A stretch of 64,000 bases of DNA from Amoebidium appalachense (taxonomy: Eukaryota; Protista; Ichthyosporea). The notes below the pieces were generated by a model. The model did no database searches. It was not told the origin of the DNA and worked only from the letters and a program-made list of their open reading frames with translations. A program made the position numbers and the translations under genes. The stretch is from positions 332,344 to 396,343 of the forward strand of contig CAVNZM010000001.1 in NCBI GenBank assembly GCA_963693365.1, given 5' to 3'. Positions 1 through 12,562 of the stretch are shown here, piece by piece; position 1 is the stretch's first letter, and each line of letters starts with the position of its first letter.

Positions 1-254
1 TTTTGCCTTCACCTCGTCCTTTCTCATCCACCACATCCAACGTGCTGGGCAGCCTTTACCCCCCCCCCCCCCCCCCCCTCTCCTCCCATTCCCCCCCGCT
101 TCCCAGGGTGCCCTTTGCAGGGGAAAAAGGAGGGAGGGTTCGAAGAGATTTGCAGTGTTTTTTGTAGCACATTACTGGTCAAACACAAAAGTGAGAAACG
201 CATGTGGCATCACAAGCAGAGCCATAATTTGAGCAATCCACCCCCTCCCTACCC

Positions 255-596
255 AACACACACACACACACACACACAGACACACACACACATACACACA
301 CGCACGCGCACCCACCGACCCACCCACCCACCCATCCTCCCTCCCCCCCCCCCAGCACCCCACACACACACCCACCCACCCACCCACTTGCCCACTCGTC
401 CCCCCCCGCTCCCTCCCCCCTCCCCCTCCCCCCCCTTTCCACCCCCAACCCACCCACCCACCCCTACCCCTGCCCGCTGGTCAGCCGGCCCACGCCTGGG
501 CAGGCTGCGCCCTTGCATCCCCCTCCCCCCCCCCCCCCCCCCCCCCCCCACACACACACCCACCCATGCAGGCACCCACGCCACGCACGCACGCAC

Positions 597-646
<50 letters not shown>

Positions 647-755
647 TCACTCACATACACACACACACACTCACTCACATACACACACACACACACACAA
701 ACACACACACTCACTCACTCACACACTCACACACACACTCACTCACATACTCACT

Positions 756-796
<41 letters not shown>

Positions 797-807
797 ACAC
801 ACTCACT

Positions 808-844
<37 letters not shown>

Positions 845-945
845 ACACACTCACACACACACTCACACACACACTCACATACACACACACACACTCACAC
901 ACACACACACACACACACTCACTCACATACACACACACACACACT

Positions 946-1008
<63 letters not shown>

Positions 1009-1049
1009 TCACACACACTCACACACACACACACACACACACACTCACT

Positions 1050-1089
<40 letters not shown>

Positions 1090-1343
1090 CACACACACAC
1101 ACACTCACACACACACACACACACTCACTCACACACACACACACACTCACACACACACTCACTCACATACACACACACACACACACACTCACTCACATAC
1201 ACACACACACACACACACACTCACACACACACTCACTCACACACACACACACACACATACACACAAACACTCACTCACATACACACACACACACTCACTC
1301 ACATACACACACACACACACTCACACACACACTCACACGCACA

Positions 1344-1424
<81 letters not shown>

Positions 1425-1582
1425 TCACACACACACACACACACACACACTCACTCACATACACACACTCACTCACTCACATACACACACACACACTCAC
1501 TCACATACACACACACACACACTCACACACACACTCACACACACTCACACACACACACTCACATACACACACACACACACAG
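255..1582. repeat. Compound (CA)n / CACT / CATA microsatellite with poly-C tracts, intronic
   Basis: Directly visible. It produces the spurious 596-aa HT-rich ORF. Confidence 0.97.
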
Positions 1583-1682
1583 ACACCGGCCTAATGTCAC
1601 CATGCTCTTATAAACAGCTGAGACCATGTGTTACCACAGTTAAAGACACCACACACAGCACAGTCAGGACACGACCACCCAC

Positions 1683-1780
1683 CATGCCAGGAAATGACGA
1701 AATGAAGTGCTCTGCAACATATCTGCCCCAACTATCAGTCAGCAGAGCTCGTGCTCGTTCTATCAGCTACCAGCATCCGC

Positions 1781-1870
<90 letters not shown>

Positions 1871-3676
1871 TATGTGTGTGTGCTTGTGAGTGTGTGCATG
1901 CTTGAGTGTGTGCATGCTTGAGTGTGAGAATGTGTGTGTGTGTAGGAAGGGGAGGGGGGGCGGGGGGTGGGGAGGATATCTGCAGTACACATTGCCGGCT
2001 GCAAAGGTATCAGAGGTGAACACAGTGAAAGTGGGGGAGGGGGAAAGAGGGGTAGGAAGGGTAGGTCATTCATACATGACACCAGAAGAGCATGGAGTTG
2101 TGGTCGTGCATGCACATGTGGCTTATCACGTGACTAACATGTGAGACAGTGCACGTGTGTGTGCCTGCACAGCATCCCCTCCCCTCACTCATGAATGCAC
2201 ACACACACACGCACGCGTACACACACACGCACGTGCATGCACACACCTGCCCGCGCGCACACAAACACACACACAAAAACGCGCACACACGCACACACAC
2301 CTGTCCTCATCCCTCATGTCTTCTCTTGCCGCCATAAACTGTCTCAACTCCTCCCTCCTCTCCTCCTCAGTCATGTCTTCCACAAACCGTGGCCTCTCCG
2401 ACGGGCCGGGCTCATCCAGATCTTCAACACTACCCATCAGGAGGATGGTGCTGCCCTGTTTGTACGTGTGTGCGTGCGGGTGGGGTGGGGGTGCTTGTGT
2501 GTGTGTGTGCGTGCATGGGTGTGCGCACGTGCCAGCCTGCGTGCACATAGGTGGTGTTGGTGCGTGTGTTGTGGCGTGTGTGTGAGTGGTGTGTGAGTAT
2601 GCGCGCGTGTGCGGGTGTGTGTGCGCGTGAGCGTGCGTTCGAACCTGTGTGTGTGCGTAGGTGCGTGTGTGTGTGCCTGCCTGCGCGAGTGTGTGTGTGT
2701 GTGTGGGCGCGTGTGTTTGGGTGCGTGTGTGTGTCTGTGTGTGTGTTGGTATTGAACGTGTGTGGGCTTGCATGTGTATACATGCATGCAACATGCTTGA
2801 GATTTTATCATTCTCAGTGAAGTACAGAATGAGAGTGCAAGAGTCAAAGAGGTGTAAGCAGTTTTGGTCGAGAACTTGCCGCCCTCCCACTCAACCCCCC
2901 TCCCCCTCTCTCACCGTTGTGCCTATACTTCACCATTGCCATACAATACTTTTAAGGCACCTTCATCACCTCCACAACCGCCACCACCATTAAGCAACAA
3001 AGAAGGCCTAGGGCTAGGAAATCAAAACTGAGCCGACCAAACAACCAGCTAAAAGAGCTCAATCTCAAAAGGAAAGGGGTAAGCAAGTGGCAGCCTTGCC
3101 AAGAGAAAGACCTGCTGGGTGGGGGAGGAGGGTGGGGTGGTGGTGTTGGAGGGGGCATTGTGAAGAAAATAGTTCATTGCATTTTTTCTGGGTTTCTTGC
3201 GACTATCATCTATTTGAGGTCAAAGCAGTACATACCTCCTTGAGGCCCAGAGACTGCAGATTGGTGTCATCCTGCGTGAAAGTGTCAGAGGTGGGCACAG
3301 TGAAGGAGGGGGGGGGGAGGGAGGGGGGGGGGGGGGTTCGTGTGTGTTTGCTCATATGTGTCATGTGTGTGGGTGTGTATGCTTCTGTATGGGTCTGTGG
3401 GTTTTCGTATTTGCTTATGTTTCTTTTATTATTTTGTTTTGTTTTTATTTGGTTTTTGTTTTTGGGGGAGGAAGGGGGGGGAGGGGCGACGGCGGGAGGG
3501 GGGGGGGAGGGGTTAAGATTGGTACACGCACCCTGTTCTGGGTTGATATGTCCAAGTTATGACTATACGGCAATCCCTTCCCCCCCTTCTCCCCCTCTTC
3601 CCTCCCTCCCTCCCCCCCCCCCCCCCAAAAAAAAAAAAAGGGGGGGGGGTGGGGGGGGGGGGGGGGGGGGGAAGGT

Positions 3677-3725
<49 letters not shown>

Positions 3726-5501
3726 CTAATGCATGCAGGCATTTTGCACACACCAACATGTACGATTGCTGTGGCTTTCCCCCTGTCGCCACCACCTACA
3801 TCCCTCATCTTCCACAGCTGTGCATGTCACTTCTTACCCCTTCTCACTCATATCCACCTACCCCCCTGCCCCCCCCCCCCCCCCCCCCCCCGGCCCCCCC
3901 CTCCCCCCAACATCCACGCACGCACGCACGCACACATGCACGCACGCACGCACGCAGGCATAGACACGCACGCACACAGGCACGCGTGTACAGATACACT
4001 ACACACACACACACATACACATACACACACACACAACCAAGCACACGCACACACGCATGCACGCACGCCGGCACGAACGCATGCACGCACACACACACGC
4101 ACGCACGCACACACGCACGCACACACGCACACACCCCTTCAAAGTTTGCTTCCCTTACACAAGCTCGGCAACATAGAGTACCATAAAGAAAGACAGAAAA
4201 AGTGTCAGAAAAAAAGAAAAAGCCAGGAAAAAAACAGCCAAGCCACACACCAACCTTGATCACCCTTCCATGAAAAAGCAACTTCTGGCGGCTAGGATTC
4301 ACTCCGGTAGCTTTGTGGACCTGAAAGACCAGTGCTGGATTAACTCTGTATAATTCGAACTTGACCGTTGCTAGTATCGGCATTATATTGTGTCAATGTT
4401 GCCAGGGCCAGCTTTTTACAGTCTAGTTATAGCTACAATCGATCAACCCGTTACTAGGACTAATGTTTGTTGTCTAATCCAATGTTAACCTGTTGCTAGA
4501 AATTACTTTTTGATGTTTTCCCGTTGTTAGAATTGGCTTCCTAGTGTCTAACCCTCACTAGATTTGGCTTTCAGTCCCTAGATACAAGGAACCCCCCCCC
4601 CCCCCCCTCCCCCCCCTCCCCCTTTGCCGCCGCCGCCGCCACCACATCTTCCCCACCAACCCTGGGTGGACCGATCAGAGGGTACAGGTTTTTTTTTCTT
4701 CTTCTTTTTTTTTTTGTAAGGGGGAGGGGGGGGGGGTGAGGAGGGTTAGTGAGGGTAGGCATGGCTTCGGCATCTAACTAAGTGTGTGCATGTGTGTGTC
4801 GAATGCTCACACAAATGCTTTTATGTCATACAACCAGGTGCAAATGCTATTTGGTATGGTACAAGTGCTTTCTTTTGTGTGCTGCGTGCAAGCACATGGG
4901 TGGGCCATGCTACCTGCTGTCTGAACACCCTCAGGTCCTGCCGTGGGTTGATCTGTAGCTCGAAGCTGTGCTTGGCCCACCGAACCACCACTGCACAGCC
5001 CCATTAGCAAGCGAATTCTAACACGCTGTAGGCACGGGGGAAAAACTAAAGCTCGCGCCGGGGAAGGGGGGGGGGGGGGGGGGTAAGCAATCGTGAGGAT
5101 TGATGCTAACTTGTACGAAGGGACGACTGGCTCCTAGATTGAACAACTCGTTCCACGTCTTTATCACACTAGAATAGGAAAACCTTAGTCCACATCATGA
5201 CCTAAACAAATAGCACGACTTGCCACACAGTGCACCCTACAAATCGAGAGACTAGCTCTGCCTCATCAACCTGCCTGATGGAACGCCTTGTTCCACATGG
5301 TCATCCGACTAGAAAACATGACTTGCTCAACATATCACCCCTAGATGGATGGAACGAATTGCTCCACATATCACCCCTACATGGATGGAACGAATTGCTC
5401 CACATATCACCCCTACTGGATGGAACAAATACAGCACAGGAAGAGACGATAGGATACTCAGACATCACACTCTTACCACTCTTACCGTTCAGGGATGCCA
5501 T
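1683..5501 (-). CDS. Ubiquitin-like domain protein (USP14/Ubp6-type N-terminal Ubl and linker, then a possible second Ubl); 3' end lies outside the window
   Basis: Six GT-AG exons splice in frame: 5501-5486, 4990-4914, 4320-4255, 3271-3236, 2455-2301, 1711-1683. Product: MASLNVVVRWAKHSFELQINPRQDLRVFRQQVHKATGVNPSRQKLLFHGRVIKDDTNLQSLGLKEGSTILLMGSVEDLDEPGPSERPRFVEDMTEEERREELRQFMAAREDMRDEDRALHFVISWH. This parallels USP14 (VTVKWGKEKF...TGVQPARQK...TLLMMGS...VFVEDMTEE). Confidence 0.85.
5323..5430. repeat. 36-bp tandem repeat, 3 copies, in the first coding intron of the Ubl gene
   Basis: Unit TTGCTCCACATATCACCCCTACATGGATGGAACGAA repeated head to tail with a few substitutions and no spacers. Confidence 0.9.
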
Positions 5502-5914
5502 GGTGTACACGGGCCAAAGCCTCAAGCACTTGGCTTCCTGCACCTGCATCATAGGCGGAAGGTGTGAGTCGGCACACTCTTTGCTTTGACACATGGTTTC
5601 TCAATTACTTGTTTCTTTTCTTACACTATCTATAAATACACCCACCGCACCCATCCCCACCCCTTCATTTGAGCAGCCCAAGGCTTAATTGTATGAGAAG
5701 TGGTGGTGAGTAGAGCCACTCTTTTTTTTTTGTGGGGGGAGGGGGGGGGTAAACCGTCGATGTCTTGCCGAATCAAACATTTTTCCCTTTTAAATTGCTA
5801 AAGAACAAAAGCGGAGGGGAGGAGAGCGGAGGGGGGAGGGGTTGCATATTTTGGTTAATCGGTGGCAGTTGACAGAACGGAGGGCCGTGTGCGGGTGTGT
5901 GTGTGTGTGTGGAT

Positions 5915-5960
<46 letters not shown>

Positions 5961-7382
5961 GGGGGGGGGGGGGGGGGGGGGGGGGGGCAAAAATGATGTG
6001 TGCGTGCTCCAGAGTACACACAGCTGTGAACTCGAGAAAAAGGAAGTGATTGTATATTTATCTATGCCAGGCAAATAATCAACACGAGCTTTTGTGGCTG
6101 CATGGGGGGCGGAGCAATTGAAACGGGTTGCAGGGGAGGGGGGGGGGGGGGGGGGGGGGGGGGGAAGGTGGAGTAGTGAGGCCAAAAGGGAAGGACAGCA
6201 AACAAGGTCAGAGCAGAAAGGGGAGGGGGGGGGGGGGGCTGCCATGGAGCAGCCGGTAGGAGGGGACTGGAGAAGAAGTTAGGACCAGATGAGGGATGCA
6301 AGAATGAGCCTAAGAGGGAAGAGAGCGGGGCTTATTTGGCAAAAAAAAAAAAAAAAAGAGTGAAAGGGTTGTTAAGAAATGAGGGGGAGCTACGGAGACC
6401 CTGTTGAGTGAATCGAAGGGATGGATGGCTGTAAGGGAGTGAAAGTAGCAAGGTTTTTTACTTTCTGTTATTATTATTATTGTTATTATTTTTTTATTTT
6501 TTTATTTTTTTTTGGGGGGGGGGGGAGGGGGGAAGGAGGGAGGGAGGGAGGGAGGGGGGGGGGGGGGCAAACGTTTCTTTTATGGGGGAAGGAGGGGAGG
6601 GCGAGAGGGGAAAGGGGGGGGGGGGGGGGGGGGGGGGGGGAGTTGGTGGAGCAGGTGCGCTGACCGGGAAGGTCGAGATACTGGAGGCATGTGAGCGATG
6701 GGCTGAAGGGGTGATGAGACACGGGGCAAGCAAACGAATTTTGTCAAAGTATAAAGACTGTAACGGCGGGAAGCGGGCGATGGGCTTAACGGGCGTTGTG
6801 CAGGGACGGCTCGGAAGCAGATGCAGAAGAAAGAGAAGGAGAGACGAAGTGCAAGGAGACAGGTGGGGCTTGTGTGATTGTTAACAAACGTGCACTATTG
6901 CCGAACAGATGCAAGCTTTAAATTGCAGTTACCGATTTGAACCTTTGATGACGAGCTCCAGCAGGCAAACCACCAGTTGAGTAGAAGCAGGACAAACAGC
7001 GTAAACCGTTTATTGTAATCTGCTATTTTGTTCTTCCAAGCTTGTGTTCACCGTGGCCTTCAAAGCTTTGAGTTCTTTTCCCTTTCCTTTTGCTCCCCCG
7101 CTTTGTCTGAAATCTTCAAAGAAGAAGAAGCGTGGCCATAGAATACGCTATGATGAGTTGGTAGAGGGGTAGCTTGGCACTACTAAACGTGGCTGATTGC
7201 ACATCAGTGCAGCCTCACTACACAACCAAAAACTTTACGCGGGACTCAGGCTGCTGTAGGCTGCTGTAGGCCTGAGGCCGACTGACTGTAGGAACGGATG
7301 ACGTGGCTGGCAGGCCTGGATTGCAGTATTGCATATTCCCGAGGGTCGCTCTCGGTGCGTTCTGAGCCAATCTCAGATCAAA

Positions 7383-7441
<59 letters not shown>

Positions 7442-7729
7442 TTCCTCCCCCCCCCCCCCCCCCCTCTAGATTCTGGATCCCCCTCCCCGGGCACACCCCC
7501 CACCAGCTCTCCCACTCTTTTGACCCCTCTGAGATGCTAGATTCCAAGATTTTGCACGCAGACATACTATGTGCTTGGGCGCACGCACACACTCGAGCTC
7601 ACTCGAGCTCGCGCACTCCGATCGCGACTGCCCGAGGCTCACACACACACAAATTTTAACACACTGTAAAGTGGTAACTTATCGGACAAAGGGTTCAACG
7701 CACACACAGGCACTTGAACAATACTTGCA

Positions 7730-7730
7730 G

Positions 7731-7770
<40 letters not shown>

Positions 7771-7841
7771 GGTGCGTGGGTGGGTGTGCGTGTGGGTGGG
7801 TGGTGGGTGTGTGTGTGTGTGTGTGTGTGTGTTTGTGTGTG

Positions 7842-7910
<69 letters not shown>

Positions 7911-7915
7911 CTGTG

Positions 7916-7991
<76 letters not shown>

Positions 7992-8137
7992 CGCGTGTGC
8001 GCGTGTGCATGTGCGTGTGCGTGTGCGTGTGTGTGTGCGTTTGCGAGTGTGCGTGTGTGTGAGTGTGTGAGTGAGTGTGTCTGTGTGTGTGTGTTTGTAT
8101 GTGTGCAGTGTGTGTGTGCATGTGTGTGTGTGTGTGC

Positions 8138-8176
<39 letters not shown>

Positions 8177-8222
8177 TGTGTGTGTATGTGTGTGTGTGTG
8201 TGTGCGTGTCTCTGTGTGTGTG

Positions 8223-8254
<32 letters not shown>

Positions 8255-8280
8255 ACATTGTGTGTGTGTGTGTATGTGTG
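7730..8280. repeat. (TG)n microsatellite block, intergenic
   Basis: Directly visible. Confidence 0.95.
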
Positions 8281-8657
8281 TCGGTGTTCTTCAGCCTAAT
8301 AAATTAATGCCAGTATTCCCCCAGGATTCATCGAATCATGAGTGTAGTGCATTATCACTGAAGATTGAACGTTACATAGTATAACGATTCCCAATCAAAG
8401 GCACAGGGTGGAAATATTAACCTTGAAGATAATGCCATGTTTGCCCGGTGAACGAGTGTGCTCACACGTTTTTAGCCTTTACCCACTCTGCCTTCCAGAG
8501 GCTACGTGGATGGTTTTTGATAATTCAGGCTACCTGCCAGAGGTAGCATTCTATATACTTTTAGACCGTGATATATAAGTACAACACCTAAGCCTGCCAG
8601 AGGCGGGAAACACATGTCATACATACATTACTGGAAGCCAAAAGAACTGTGCGCATT

Positions 8658-10128
8658 TTAAGCGATTGGCTCCATAGGGGTTGACCCGCAACCCAAAAGT
8701 GTAGAAGAGCACACAGACACTACTCCCTGGGTACGACCTAACTGAAGTGCTGCCCTGAGTGTCATAGAACCCTTGGGCACTGTAAAAGTATAGTGGTAGA
8801 CCTGCCATGTCTTACCGAGGGAGGCAGTTGTTCTTGTAGCATTGGGAAGTAAGTAGCCTGGTGCATCAGTGTCTGCAAACAGCCTCAATTCGTCGCCTGC
8901 AACTGTACTTTTTGCAACAACCGTTAACCGATACTCCCCCGGGCCCAAGGCCAGCTGTGGCCTTACGAACTGCGCATCGAAATAACGAAAACTTTGGCGT
9001 GTAGAAAGCGGTGGAAGCGTCAAAGCCAACGACCCGTCCCCTTCTTCCTGTGGGGAGAGAGCAGTGCTGAGGAGCGGGTCTTGTTTTAGGGCCCATTGTG
9101 TCAAAGACTCATCCACAACAAGGTCCGACGGTATGCACCTTGGGTCGAGGAACGCAGGTGCAGCAAACTCAGATGCACTCGGGCACGTGTAATCATCAAG
9201 GGGAGACCCAGGCGTGGAGACGGCTGTGTGCTCTACCGTGACGGTAATGGTAGGTGGGGGGGTGAAGGGTGCTAGTTGTTGTTGCAGGGTGGTTGTGGGT
9301 GTGGCCGTAATCACTACGGTGGCGGTGGTGGTTATAACCGAGGTGACTATGGTGGCCGGGGATGCGGGGGCCCGAACTGTCTGTGGTGGGAGGGTCGTCT
9401 GGACAGTAAACGGTGGTGCGGTCACTGTGACCGTACGCTCAGCAGTCTGTATGGGTGTGACTGTCTCGGTGAGCGTCTGCGTGCGGTACACGGTAACCTC
9501 CGGGGCAGGTATGGGCCCCCCTGCCTCTGACACTGTTGTTTCATTGCTGTTTGCCATGAACAACAAGTTGAGCATGCGATTGGATGTGTTTGTGAGCGTG
9601 CCCAGCTTGACCTGCCCAACCGAGGCCGTGGCAATTAGTGCGGCCTTGACCTGGGCCGGACTGGCAGTGGGGTTGAGGGAGAGGTAGTTTGCGGCCGCCC
9701 CAGCCACCAAGGGGCATGCCTGGCTGGTGCCGGTCAGTCTTTTGGTGAGGCCGTTAAGCCAAAGCGACTCAACATCTTCACCGGGGGCCAGAAGGTCAAC
9801 ACACTTGCCGTGGTTGCTGAAGAAGAAAGGAGTGTTAGTACGGTTAAGAAGATACTGGATTTGTTTGTGCTCGAAACTCGGTGCCCTGATGTTGAGGAGG
9901 GAGAAAGGATGTTGGGACGTGGGGATGGCACGCACAAAGAGGTACACAGCCTGGTATTATACTTCATAAATGGTTGTATAGCATGCATGGCAGTATTCGT
10001 ATTCAGATCACACGCCATACACAAAGAAAATTCGAAATAGGCTGGAGAGGGACGAAATGAGGTGCAATAAGTGGTGTGCGCGCCCACGTGTGTGTGTGTG
10101 TGTGTGTGCTTGTGCGTGTGCGCGCGCG

Positions 10129-10176
<48 letters not shown>

Positions 10177-10403
10177 CACGTGTGTGTGTGTGCAAGCGCG
10201 TGTGTTCGTGAGCCAGGTGTGAAGGTGTATGCCTACCTGTACACGTGTGTTTGAATGTGTTTATGTGTCCGTGCCTGTCTGTGTGTATTGTGGTGGTGGT
10301 GATGGGGGGAGAAGGGGGGGGGGGGGGGGGGGGGGGGAGGGATGTCTTTTCCTTCTTTTTTTTTATTGTTCGTTTTTTCTTTTTTTCTTTTCTTTTTTCT
10401 TTT

Positions 10404-10434
<31 letters not shown>

Positions 10435-11894
10435 GAGCAAATGCGGGTGAGAAGCATGGTGCAGGAAGCATTCAAAGGCAAACATTCAAGTATGCAACAT
10501 CAGCAATGTGCACAGTATGTCAGGGGGGAGGCGAGAGGAGAGGAGAGCAGAGAACACCACTTGCCTGTATGCCGGCAACTCGTCGCGGATATTTGTAGCC
10601 GCAACGGTGATGGTCAGACCAAACCCGGCAGGGGCAGTGGTGCAAGCATCCACCCCACTGGGCACTGTGTTGCCAGCCGCATTGACCACCACAACATTGT
10701 CGTTAATCAGAGCCTCGACACTGCGTTTGAGGGCAGGCGAGTCCCCTGCTTCATGCAGTGACATGGACACTACTGCTCTTCGCTGCTTGTTTCTCCGCAA
10801 AACGATCTGGTTGAGGCCATCGAGCACGAGGGATATGGGGCCCTTACCCTCGGGGGGTATAACTCGGACCGAGTGGACCGTGGCACGACTCACACCCCAC
10901 TTACGACCCGCCACCAGCCCGGCAACGTGTGTGCCGTGCCCGTTACCGTCGGCAAAGCTTGTGGTGTTGTAGGAGTGGAAGTTGCGTGCACGACCCTCAA
11001 AGTCGGGATGAGTCACGTCAATACCCGTGTCCACTACATACACATCGACATCGGCCGCGGCAGTGCCCACAATGAATGATGTCATACGGTCGAGAGGAAG
11101 GCTGCCAAGGACGAAAGTGAATGTTACACAGAATATTCGGAAGGGGGGTTGGTCCCGAAAAACACAAAACCGTGCTAAACATAACCAATTGTGAGGGATG
11201 ACCAATTGTGGAAGATGTGATCATTGTGTTCACATTGCGATACCACGATTCTTAAATACTAAAAAAGGAAAGGAAAAAAAGACCAGGCATACTTCTCAAC
11301 ACCCGCACTTCGCGTCTTTTTCGCCGAGTATGATATGCATAACCTTCAGAGCCTACGTATGCCATACAGTCGCACAGACTGTGTATATGATACAAGCAGG
11401 GTGGAACTATATGCCTACCTTTTCTGGTTAATACGGTCCAGGGCCCAAGAATCTGTCGGCTGTAGTGTGGGCGCACCACCATTCCTGACGTACCAGTCGT
11501 CACCAACTTCCCGCTTTGCCCTCCGGGACCCTCCCGTCACTGCGACCGCAGCACTAATAGACACCGTCCTATCCTCCTCTACGGCCTCTACCTCGGGAAT
11601 AGAAATCACGCGCTCAACCTCTGCAGGTGACAATGTGGCTACCACGGCACCCAAGGTATCCATCTGCGCCGTTATGCTCGCCTCCAGGTCCGGCCGGTTG
11701 AGGTCATCGTTGTCACGTCTCAATGCCTGCACTAGCCGGGAAAGCAGCTCTGGCGACCGGTGTGTGTCCTTCACCGTTATGATATATTGGCCGTACACAC
11801 GGGCATTGTCAGCTGCCCGGTGGTAGCGTGCTCTTCCCTCGACCACACTGCTCAGGCCCGCAGCGGTCAACAAAACTGAAACCACTCTCTTCAT
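8658..11894 (-). CDS. Secreted subtilisin-like serine protease (S8A, proteinase K-like) with I9 prodomain, Thr/Pro-rich linker and C-terminal CBM-like domain, about 723 aa
   Basis: Exons 11894-11419, 11101-10565, 9816-8658 (2172 nt, in frame). Signal peptide MKRVVSVLLTAAGLSSVVEG. I9 motifs YIITVKD and VEAVEED. Catalytic triad motifs VVDTG, GHGTHVAG and GTSQACP, oxyanion AAGN. SNHGKCVDLLAPG is restored across intron 2. Confidence 0.93.
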
Positions 11895-12517
11895 AGTGAT
11901 GCCCTTGTTTGTGCACACAACTACAGACCCGCTGTCCTAGTGCACTACTTCCCCTTGAGGTAGCCGCCCGCGGCCAGGGGGATGGTAGAAAGAAAAGCCT
12001 ACAGCCAACAAAGTATGCTAACGACGTCTTCAACTGAACTGGAAGAAGGGGTCTGTTTACAAGTAAGGGTCACCTCGGGGCTCTTGAATAGTGGAGACAA
12101 AATGGAGTCGACAGTTGTATGTGACCACGGGGGCGCTATGCCATTGGTCATGATATTCCTGCACTGTGATCTCCCAAAACATCTTTGGATAACGTCCGAT
12201 TTTTCGATTTTTAAATCATATAACCATACCACAGGGCACAGGCTCTTTAACATTTTTGCGGTAGGTCGCCAGCCTACAGCAGTCCAATTGTATCAAATAT
12301 CTATATTTGGGTTTTGATTGAATAGAACTCCCAAGCTAGAAGTTGAGTATACGGTTTCTTTTTTTTTCCCCTATCATCTTTTGTTTTTTGTTTTTTTTGT
12401 TTTTTTTGTTTTTTTTTTTGGGGGGGGGGGTTTACACACTTTTTATTGCGTGGACACTGCCGGAGGCCCAGTTCGGTGAAATAAATATCATATGCATCAA
12501 AGCTAATGCCCAACTAT

Positions 12518-12562
12518 AGGGGTCCGGTCTTAATGACGTCACTAATTGAGAAGGAGGGCAAG
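12518..12562 (+). repeat. Left terminal inverted repeat of the ISL2EU-type element
   Basis: Matches the reverse complement of 23232-23286. Weaker similarity continues subterminally (AAACGTAAAA near 12676 versus TTTTACGTTT near 23147). Confidence 0.8.

Noticed and set aside
1-50. Next exon of the Ubl gene
   Set aside because: The only phase-compatible reading (ARWMWWMRKDEVKAK) is not Ubl-like and the acceptor follows poly-G. More likely intronic.
115-1905. 596-aa His/Thr-rich ORF and the many similar HTHT, CVCV, ERER, poly-Pro and poly-Gly ORFs
   Set aside because: They are translations of microsatellites and homopolymers that lack stop codons, and most lie in introns of the reconstructed genes.
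5323-5430. 36-bp repeats as a CRISPR array
   Set aside because: Head-to-tail with no spacers, in a eukaryotic intron, and no cas genes.
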